Origin: Candidatus Thorarchaeota archaeon
GTDB taxonomy: Archaea > Asgardarchaeota > Thorarchaeia > Thorarchaeales > Thorarchaeaceae
Direction: 5' to 3'
NCBI GenBank assembly: GCA_016839605.1
Contig: JAEOTX010000232.1
Location: 1 to 13,690, forward strand
DNA length: 13,690 nucleotides
Shown: piece after piece, positions 1 through 7,127 of the stretch
Numbering within the stretch: the stretch's first letter is position 1
How the letters are laid out: every line of letters starts with the position of its first letter
Made by a program: the position numbers and the translations under genes
Notes under the pieces: model-generated
The model's input: only the letters and a program-made list of their open reading frames with translations
Database searches by the model: none
What the model was told of the DNA's origin: nothing

Positions 1-8
1 CGTTTTTT

Positions 9-32
9 CATATAGGAGGATTTTACTATATG
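9..32. promoter_or_regulatory. Candidate operator/promoter element: inverted repeat CATATAG-N10-CTATATG upstream of surface protein 1
   Basis: Perfect 7-bp inverted repeat (9-15 / 26-32). The core TATAGGAG-GATTTTACTAT recurs at 1837-1856 upstream of the paralog. Confidence 0.5.
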
Positions 33-123
33 GTTTATGAATGAATATTAAGATATATCCAAGGATACTTATCAGTATTTGATGCTAAGACTGAACTGAT
101 AGTGCCGGATAGGAGTCCCAACG

Positions 124-1686
124 ATGAGGATGCATGTCTTCCGCAGAAGGTTTCTGATAGCTACTAGTCTGTTTCTGGTAGTGCTAATATTTCCAGTATT
201 TGTAAATCCGACTTCGGTCAATGGAGATGGAGTAGCACCTGACTGCGGACGAAAGTCAGGGATCTACATCAAAGGAAATGAGGACTTCAACAACGAATAC
301 GACTTCGCTGGTGAAGGAACTGAAGATGATCCATTCATCATAGAGGGACTTCAAATCGAACTCCGTGGATACGGCATCAGAATCAGAGGCACCGATGCTC
401 ATTTCATCATTCGAAACTGTGAATTTGAAGGGAGAAGCCGGGGATGGGGCGGTACTGCCATTTCCCTCAGTAGAGTTGAGAATGGAGTCATTGAGAACTG
501 TGATTTTTCAAACATGCTTCTTGGAGTTTCAGTTCATAAATCCGAAAACATCATTATGCAAGATAATGACATCAATTCCGTCAGAATTGGAATTCGAATT
601 AAGCACTCAGTAATGATACAGATTTCGAACAACGAAATCACCAACACTCGATGGTGTGCACTTTATTTCATCCATTCCTTTGATTGCACTGTCACAGACA
701 ATATAATTGCCAACAATAAGGGATTAGGAGTGTTGCTTTATGACTCAGGTTCATGCACCCTATTCGGTAATAGCTTTGAAGCCAATGAATGGGGAAATGC
801 AAAAGACATCACAGGTGAACTTAGTGTATCTGATACAAACACATGGGATGACGATGTGTCCCTCGGGAATGTATGGGATGACTATGAGGGTGCAGGAGTG
901 TACCAGATACCTGGTGACAGAGAAAGCGTAGATAGATACCCCAATGGGTATCAAGCTGACACCACTGCTCCAGTATGGGTCACAGCTCCTGAGGACCAGA
1001 CTCTGGAATGCGGCGATGGATTCGGGATGACAGTAGAGGCAACAGACCCCAGTGGGATCTCATCATATTGGATAGGTGATACGGATCTATTCAGTGTGGA
1101 CTCTATGGGAACCATCACATGCAATCAGCCATTAGAACTAGGTGAATATCCACTCGAAGTCCGTGCTTATGATCCATTTGATAACTTCTGCTCTGCCATG
1201 GTCACCATCACTGTTCAAGACACGGTCTGTCCAGAGATTGCAGGTCCAGAAGATGCAACGTATATAGAAGGAGGAACAGGCAACACACTTGTCTGGTCAG
1301 TATCCGACATCAATCCCTCAGCATATGGTGTCTATTTGGATGATGTACTGATTGATGAGGGCTCTTGGGTTGATGGTTCAATAGAAATCTCAATTGATGG
1401 TCTCAATCCAGATACATACTTGTATCGCTTGGAGTTAATTGATCTTGGGGATAATTCAGCATCAGATGAAGTCACGGTCATTGTGGAGCCAGAGAAGACA
1501 AGCGTCCCAACTACAACTAGCCCAATTCCAATACCAAAACCCAACACAGATAGCTCAGCACCCTCCGATGATTCCATGGCGGGACCAGCTATAGAACCAG
1601 TAGTAATTGCTAGTGGAATCGGAATCCCAACGGCTCTAGGTCTCACAATACTCTTCGTAATCGCAAGAAAGCGAGAAATATTGTAG
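124..1686 (+). CDS. Cell-surface protein: right-handed parallel beta-helix (NosD/PbH1-like), 2 Ig/cadherin-like domains, C-terminal TM anchor
   Basis: 520 aa; AGGAG SD at 111-115; basic plus hydrophobic N-terminus (RRRFLIATSLFLVVLIF); GEGTEDDPFIIEG cap; repeated IxxNxIxxNxxGIxL turns; WDD..GNVWDDY..DRYP end motif; DTTAP and DTVCP stalk modules; Pro/Thr/Ser linker; TM helix plus RKR tail. Confidence 0.88.
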   Translation: MRMHVFRRRFLIATSLFLVVLIFPVFVNPTSVNGDGVAPDCGRKSGIYIKGNEDFNNEYDFAGEGTEDDPFIIEGLQIELRGYGIRIRGTDAHFIIRNCEFEGRSRGWGGTAISLSRVENGVIENCDFSNMLLGVSVHKSENIIMQDNDINSVRIGIRIKHSVMIQISNNEITNTRWCALYFIHSFDCTVTDNIIANNKGLGVLLYDSGSCTLFGNSFEANEWGNAKDITGELSVSDTNTWDDDVSLGNVWDDYEGAGVYQIPGDRESVDRYPNGYQADTTAPVWVTAPEDQTLECGDGFGMTVEATDPSGISSYWIGDTDLFSVDSMGTITCNQPLELGEYPLEVRAYDPFDNFCSAMVTITVQDTVCPEIAGPEDATYIEGGTGNTLVWSVSDINPSAYGVYLDDVLIDEGSWVDGSIEISIDGLNPDTYLYRLELIDLGDNSASDEVTVIVEPEKTSVPTTTSPIPIPKPNTDSSAPSDDSMAGPAIEPVVIASGIGIPTALGLTILFVIARKREIL

Positions 1687-1790
1687 GCGAATTTGGTAGT
1701 TCATGATTGAGGTCGAAAGACAAGCTGGGCCAGAGGACATACCCCATTTTCAATTCTGCCGGAGTCATTGAGGGATTAGTGGGATTTTCG

Positions 1791-1816
1791 AAAAATCGAC
1801 ACTTACTTCGATTTTT
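1791..1816. repeat. Perfect 9-bp inverted repeat AAAAATCGA-N8-TCGATTTTT (possible terminator hairpin or operator)
   Basis: Arms at 1791-1799 and 1808-1816, intergenic, overlapping palindrome TTTTCGAAAA (1785-1794) and followed by T-rich sequence. Confidence 0.55.
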
Positions 1817-1836
1817 AACACATTTTATTCGTTTAT

Positions 1837-1856
1837 TATAGGAGTGATTTTACTAT
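1837..1856. promoter_or_regulatory. Second copy of the upstream motif, TATAGGAGTGATTTTACTAT, in front of surface protein 2
   Basis: Identical to 11-29 except for one inserted T, and a similar distance (about 85-95 nt) from the start codon. Confidence 0.5.
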
Positions 1857-1941
1857 CAAGCTTATGTATCCTATCTCCTAACATAACTGAATAGCAGGGA
1901 TGCACGCCCTCGCCGTCGAGTCCTTACTTTAACTGGGTGGC

Positions 1942-4113
1942 ATGAATATGGAGAGGAGTCGTGAGTTCAACCTGAGGTTGGTTTTCACATATAGCTTGAT
2001 TTTCGCGATTCTAATTCTGCCAGTTCACGTTGATAATACAATCCTGCAACCTCGAGCTCCACTACAAATTCCCGCCACTGATGAATCAGCCATTATGGCA
2101 TATACTCCCCGTGGTCCAATACTAATAGATGATGGATTTGATGATGATTGGCCAGGAGAAGGCACCAAAGCTAATCCGTTCATCATCGAGGGCTTCCATA
2201 TCAAGTCAAATAGGTATTGCATCAAAATTGTGGGCACCTCGGATTACTTCATCATAAGGGACTGCCTTCTTGAAAATTCGGACGATGTAATTGACGGAAA
2301 TGGAATCGTAATGGAACGAGTCAAGAATGGAGCTATAGAAAGATGCAGAATCAATGGTATGTCCACCGGGATTAACGTTTTGAAGTCTGAACAGGTCAGT
2401 ATCCTCTCCTGTCAGATCACCAAGGGAAAAGGAGGAATTCGCCTTGAGAAGACGCACACCTCAGAGGTGGGGAGATGCAATTTATCTGACTTCGATTATG
2501 GGATCTACGCCGCAAAAGTGAGCTATTCTCGCCTCATTGCAAACAGTATCGAAATCACCACATACGGGATTATAGTTGATGGCTGCGTGGAAACCAGTAT
2601 AATTGAGAATAAGATTCAGGATGCTGACCAGGGATTATCCTTGTACTCTTCCGAAATGCTAAACGCTTCTTCCAATGTCATTAATGATGTGCGCACCGGC
2701 GCTTTCATGAAGTCTACTCGTAACTCCTCTGTTTGTAGAAATGATATCCGAGATGGAGGCTATGGCATATTCCTCGAATCCTCGGATAGTAACGAAGTTG
2801 CTTCTAACCACCTTACAGATACACGAAGCACCGCGGTCTATGTGATATATTCTTGGAATAACAACTTCACAAGAAATGAGATTGCCGATAATGCAGGAGT
2901 TGGAGTATATCTGTACGATTCTGCAGATTGTGTTCTCTACGCTAATTATATCGGATACAACTTGATGGGCAATGCATTCGATTACTTAGGACCAGCCACG
3001 AAATCGCACTCAAACTCTTGGGACGACAGCCACGGAGTAGGCAATGCATGGAGCGAAATATGGGCATTCACGTCATTAAGCATCGCTGGCGATAGAGGTA
3101 GTATAGATCATTATCCAGTCCCAATCCTAACCACTGGCAATCCTTCAGGCTTCACAGTTGAAGCAGGATCATCTTTTTCCATAAGATGGAATGCATCTGC
3201 AGTGAGGCCTCATTACTATTCGATAGAGCAAGATGACATTGCTATTGAGGAGAACCTTTGGGATGGAAAACCGATTGATGTTGATATCACTTCCCTTGAT
3301 CCTGGGGTGTACAAGTTTACTCTTATTGTAAACTCGACATATGGGAGAGACACACGTAGTACAATAGAAGTTGCATCAATTGATACAACGCCACCAGAGT
3401 GGATCGAACCACCTGTGAGTAGAGTGATAGAACACGGTACACGGCTTATGATGATGATAGAGGCATCTGACCTCTATGGCATTTCCAAGTATTGGGTCAA
3501 TGACACAGCCCATTTCAATATAGACGCAAACGGGAATTTGGAAGATTCAGACCTCCTACTATTGGGGACGTATCAGATTGAAATTAGGGCATATGATTCA
3601 TCTCTGAATTTCATTAGTGAAGAAATAGCCATCACTGTTCAAGACACTTTGGCTCCTGGAATAGTTGGTCCTGGGGACATCACCTATACCGAAGGAGAAA
3701 CTGGCAATACTATCTCATGGATAATTAGTGATGGAAATCCCTCAGTGTATCAGGTATATCGCGATGGAGAACTAATTGAAGAAGACATATGGACTGAGCT
3801 CGTACATGCGCTCGATTTGTCGGTGGATGATTTATCTCCGGGCATTCATGTTTATCGCTTGGACTTGTACGACCAAGCCGGCAATTCAGCTTCTGATGAG
3901 GTCATAGTTATTGTGAATGCAAAGACTACAGAAACCACCACAGACACAACGCCCACTCAAACAACTGAAACCACATCCACCTCATCACCAACATCGACAC
4001 CGACCCCTACTGAGCCTATACCTGCAAATGGCACGATGCTGGTAACTGGGATTGCAGGCGTCGCAATACTTGGCATTGGATTTGTTATTCTGATACTGAG
4101 GAGAAGGAAGTAG
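1942..4113 (+). CDS. Cell-surface protein: long NosD/PbH1-like beta-helix, 3 Ig/cadherin-like domains, Thr-rich linker, C-terminal TM anchor; paralog of 124-1686
   Basis: 723 aa (start could be ATG 1948, which is better spaced from GGGTGG at 1935-1940); GEGTKANPFIIEG cap; many beta-helix turns; NSWDD..GNAW..DHYP; DTTPPEW and DTLAP modules; TTETTTDTTPTQTT linker; TM helix plus RRRK; several NxS/T sequons. Confidence 0.88.
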   Translation: MNMERSREFNLRLVFTYSLIFAILILPVHVDNTILQPRAPLQIPATDESAIMAYTPRGPILIDDGFDDDWPGEGTKANPFIIEGFHIKSNRYCIKIVGTSDYFIIRDCLLENSDDVIDGNGIVMERVKNGAIERCRINGMSTGINVLKSEQVSILSCQITKGKGGIRLEKTHTSEVGRCNLSDFDYGIYAAKVSYSRLIANSIEITTYGIIVDGCVETSIIENKIQDADQGLSLYSSEMLNASSNVINDVRTGAFMKSTRNSSVCRNDIRDGGYGIFLESSDSNEVASNHLTDTRSTAVYVIYSWNNNFTRNEIADNAGVGVYLYDSADCVLYANYIGYNLMGNAFDYLGPATKSHSNSWDDSHGVGNAWSEIWAFTSLSIAGDRGSIDHYPVPILTTGNPSGFTVEAGSSFSIRWNASAVRPHYYSIEQDDIAIEENLWDGKPIDVDITSLDPGVYKFTLIVNSTYGRDTRSTIEVASIDTTPPEWIEPPVSRVIEHGTRLMMMIEASDLYGISKYWVNDTAHFNIDANGNLEDSDLLLLGTYQIEIRAYDSSLNFISEEIAITVQDTLAPGIVGPGDITYTEGETGNTISWIISDGNPSVYQVYRDGELIEEDIWTELVHALDLSVDDLSPGIHVYRLDLYDQAGNSASDEVIVIVNAKTTETTTDTTPTQTTETTSTSSPTSTPTPTEPIPANGTMLVTGIAGVAILGIGFVILILRRRK

Positions 4114-4181
4114 CTCTCCAAGAAGATGAAATCATTCATAGGAATAGGTCACTTGATCAATCTTTTCGAAACTACAGCCCA

Positions 4182-4661
4182 TCATTCGGATAGCTTGCGT
4201 ACAAAGTCTGCTGCAAGCGCCATCTCAATCATCTTGATGTAAGCTCTAGCGAGAGTTGTCGAATTAGTGCCAGAGGAGGTCAGAGTCCTGAGACGTTTCT
4301 CTACGAGACTGGGAACCTCAAGGAGATTCTGCTCAACGTAGAGGGACGGGCCAAATGAGAAGCTAATGTGGTCTTCGGGATCAATAGCACCCACAAGCAG
4401 AATATTGAATGCAAAGACTAGCTCAGTGAATAAGCTGGCTCCTATGTCCAAAATGAGGTCTCCGAACTGTGAGTTCTCTGTGGCTTTCCGCTTGGTCACA
4501 GCCTCTCTTATCTTTGATTCAAACATTGCCTCAAGTTCTGCTACTAGCTCTGAAGTCAGAGTTCCGCCATTGACCAAGACATCGTTGAGGATGGAAGCGC
4601 CCACCAGGGATTGCTTAGAGGTGGTCCTGTCAAATGCAGTTCCATCATAATCTAGCGGCAT
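4182..4661 (-). CDS. Hypothetical protein, probably mostly alpha-helical
   Basis: 159-aa ORF filling the gap between neighbours; TGAGG SD-like site just upstream of the ATG; protein-like amphipathic composition; no family recognised. Confidence 0.65.
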   Translation of the reverse strand: MPLDYDGTAFDRTTSKQSLVGASILNDVLVNGGTLTSELVAELEAMFESKIREAVTKRKATENSQFGDLILDIGASLFTELVFAFNILLVGAIDPEDHISFSFGPSLYVEQNLLEVPSLVEKRLRTLTSSGTNSTTLARAYIKMIEMALAADFVRKLSE

Positions 4662-4814
4662 GTCGTAGCCTCAGATGCAAGTGACAGGGTTCTCCCAACT
4701 ACATATGATGATATTGCGTACTGAAAGTCAATCCGGCTTCTCTTAGACCGAAGTCTTGAAGAAGCAGCGCGCATTCTACAGGTCAGTTCAACAGAAGTGG
4801 GGCCTGCATAAAAA

Positions 4815-5774
4815 TTGGTTACAGCAAAGCTGATGACATCTTCTGAAGCAATTAGTAAGTTTGTTTGTGCTAGTTCGTCCATATCATTGGGTGGATTCAC
4901 AGTAAATCGAAATCCAATGGCATTGGTCCATGAGATTATCCGGCAAGAGATTGGCAACCTGCATGTGATGATGCACTCAGGAAGTCAAGCACTTGATCTA
5001 TTGATTGGAGCTGGGCTTGTTCGCTTTCTAGAGATTGCGTATGGAGCAAACGGAAGATTCGCGTCAACATGCATACGATTCAGAAAAGCAGTCCAAGATG
5101 GAAGTTTGCAGGTTGAAGACTACAGCAATTTCCAGATGAGCCTCAGATTCCTGGCAGGTGCTATGGGAGTCCCATATCTTCCTACATATGCAGGATTAGG
5201 CTCTGATATCATCAGCAAATGGGGCTTTAGCAAGAAGCAGAGAAGCACCGTTGAGTCCCTTCCAAATGAGAAACTCATTGTGACCTCAAATCCATTCAAT
5301 AGCATACCAGAGCAACTTGTAATTGTGCCTGCAGCGAACCCTGATGTGACATTGTTGCATGTGCAGCAAGCATCTGCAGAGGGACTCATTCGGATTGAAG
5401 GACTGGCCTTTGCTGATATCGAGCAAGCCCGAGCCGCCGAGCACGTCATAGTCACTTGCGAGGAGCTTGTTCCTTCAGACCAATTGAGAAAAGAATCATG
5501 GCACAATAGTCTGCCACATCTGCTCGTTGATGCAGTGGTCCATCATCCTTATGGAGCTCATCCTACAGCATGCTTCCTCTACTATGATTATGATGCAGCC
5601 CATCTCAATGATTACAGAAGCCTTGCAGAAGATGATGAGTCATTCGAAGCGTACCTTACTCGCCACATCACAAGTCTAGAGTCCTTTCATGATTACGTTA
5701 AGCTGATAGGAACCAAACATCTAGGTTCACTACTCGCAAGTAAAGAGCTAGGCTATGCTAGGAGGGAGCATTGA
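4815..5774 (+). CDS. gctA: Family I CoA-transferase subunit A (glutaconate CoA-transferase alpha-like)
   Basis: TTG start; KLMTSSEAI, ISLGGFTVNRNPMALVHEIIRQ, DLLIGAG, EDYSNFQMSLRFLAGAMGVPYLP, LGSDI, PDVTLLHVQQA and PYGAHPT are typical of the GctA/Coenzyme A transferase family. Substrate not determinable. Confidence 0.88.
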   Translation: MVTAKLMTSSEAISKFVCASSSISLGGFTVNRNPMALVHEIIRQEIGNLHVMMHSGSQALDLLIGAGLVRFLEIAYGANGRFASTCIRFRKAVQDGSLQVEDYSNFQMSLRFLAGAMGVPYLPTYAGLGSDIISKWGFSKKQRSTVESLPNEKLIVTSNPFNSIPEQLVIVPAANPDVTLLHVQQASAEGLIRIEGLAFADIEQARAAEHVIVTCEELVPSDQLRKESWHNSLPHLLVDAVVHHPYGAHPTACFLYYDYDAAHLNDYRSLAEDDESFEAYLTRHITSLESFHDYVKLIGTKHLGSLLASKELGYARREH

Positions 5775-5775
5775 G

Positions 5776-6546
5776 ATGCGAGCGGATTTTACTGAGATGG
5801 AAATGATGACTATTGCGTGTGCGCGACGGATTGGCAACGAGGACATTGTATTTTGCGGGACAGGTCTTCCACTATTGGGCGCGATGATGGCCAAGAAGAC
5901 CCATGCCCCAAATTGCGTGATATTCTTTGAAACCGGAGCTCTTGACCCAGCCTTGGATGAAATCCCTCTGACAGTTGGTGATTCACGTGTAATGCATGGA
6001 GCATCGCAAAATGGGAGTCTTCTTGATGCATTCTTCTACATGCAGAATTCCAGAACTGGACCTAATGTACTTGGAATTCTCTCGGGGGCGCAAATTGATC
6101 CATATGGCAATCTTAACAGCACAGTGATTGGCGATTATGACAAGCCCGATGCTAGACTACCAGGTAGCGGTGGAGCTTGTGATGTGGCTAGCTTAGTAGG
6201 AAGAACAAGGATTTTCATGAAACATGAGAAGCGTAGATTCGTGGAGCAACTAGACTACATGACTAGTCCAGGTTGGCTGAGAGGAATTGGTTCACGTTCT
6301 GAAGTCGGACTACCTAGAGGAGGTCCAGAACTTGTCATTACTACTCTAGGGGTGCTTGACTTCGATGAATCAACAAGACGAATGAGGTTATCGTCACACT
6401 ACAGTTATGCTGAGCCTGATGGGATTCAAGAAAGCACGGGATTCAAATTAGACACATCCCATTCAAAGGAGGAAGAAAATCCAACACTTGAAGAACTAGA
6501 AGCTCTAAGAGAAGTGGTAGATCCGCTCAGATTGATTCTGAAGTAA
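5776..6546 (+). CDS. gctB: Family I CoA-transferase subunit B (glutaconate CoA-transferase beta-like)
   Basis: ATG 5776 lies 1 nt after the subunit A stop, with GGAGG SD at 5761-5765 (preferred over 5755). VFCGTGLP, presumed catalytic Glu in IFFETG, GAQIDPYGNLNSTVIGDY, RLPGSGGACD, RRFVEQLDYMTSPG, LREVVDP. Confidence 0.9.
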   Translation: MRADFTEMEMMTIACARRIGNEDIVFCGTGLPLLGAMMAKKTHAPNCVIFFETGALDPALDEIPLTVGDSRVMHGASQNGSLLDAFFYMQNSRTGPNVLGILSGAQIDPYGNLNSTVIGDYDKPDARLPGSGGACDVASLVGRTRIFMKHEKRRFVEQLDYMTSPGWLRGIGSRSEVGLPRGGPELVITTLGVLDFDESTRRMRLSSHYSYAEPDGIQESTGFKLDTSHSKEEENPTLEELEALREVVDPLRLILK

Positions 6547-6614
6547 TCTCTTCAAGAAGACTCGAACCGTTAGGTTTAGGTGCAATCTTCTGAGAAAAGG
6601 AAATTGAGCTAGAT

Positions 6615-7052
6615 ATGACCGATACGAAGACTCGACTGAAAGCAATGGTTGACGCGAATGTCAGTTCTATCCAGTTAATGAGTGAACGGCTAGGTGTCGA
6701 GATGGATGAGGTCGTTTCCTTGCTTGAAGAGATGATCAGTGCCGGGTCTGTGGAAGGGCACGTCACTCAAGACGGTCAACGTTTCTTTAGAGAAACGGTG
6801 AAAGTTTCCGAGGCTCCAAAGATTCCAATCCAACAGGATGTTCCTGATTTCATAAAGTATGATGCTCGTCCAGGCAAAATAATGGTCATAATTGGTTTCG
6901 TACTCATCGTTGCAGGACTGGTAATCTCATTTATGTCATCGGAGAGCCACTCAGCCTTTTTGCTATATGAAGCGGCCTTTCTCTTGCTCATTGGTGTCAT
7001 TCTGATGATGATTGGCGGTTGTCAGATTAGCCGGCGTCCAACACCAATGTAG
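6615..7052 (+). CDS. Membrane protein with N-terminal PCI/winged-helix-like domain and two C-terminal TM helices
   Basis: 145 aa; SIQLMSERLGVEMDEVVSLLEEMISAGSVEGHVTQDGQRFF matches the PCI/WH pattern by eye; two hydrophobic helices (IMVIIGFVLIVAGLVISF; AAFLLLIGVILMMIGG). Confidence 0.72.
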   Translation: MTDTKTRLKAMVDANVSSIQLMSERLGVEMDEVVSLLEEMISAGSVEGHVTQDGQRFFRETVKVSEAPKIPIQQDVPDFIKYDARPGKIMVIIGFVLIVAGLVISFMSSESHSAFLLYEAAFLLLIGVILMMIGGCQISRRPTPM

Positions 7053-7127
7053 TCGATCAAGGGTAGACCTGATAGGACTCCTTAAGTATAGGAAGATTCG
7101 CCCCGGCAAGTAGGACGGAGCTCATAG

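Noticed and set aside
3925-4015. AC-rich low-complexity tract as a DNA repeat or CRISPR-like array
   Set aside because: It is explained by Thr/Pro/Ser codons of the linker; there is no fixed repeat unit or spacer structure.
124-4113. Calling the beta-helix proteins true NosD (nitrous oxide reductase maturation)
   Set aside because: No nosZ/F/Y/L is nearby and the proteins carry stalks and anchors; the resemblance is at fold level only.
4652-4957. 101-aa minus-strand ORF as a gene or as a 5' extension of 4182-4661
   Set aside because: It overlaps the well-supported CoA-transferase A gene in antisense, has no recognisable motif, and 4182-4661 has its own SD. Reading through the upstream in-frame TGA at 4671-4673 meets another stop within about 20 codons with no start codon.
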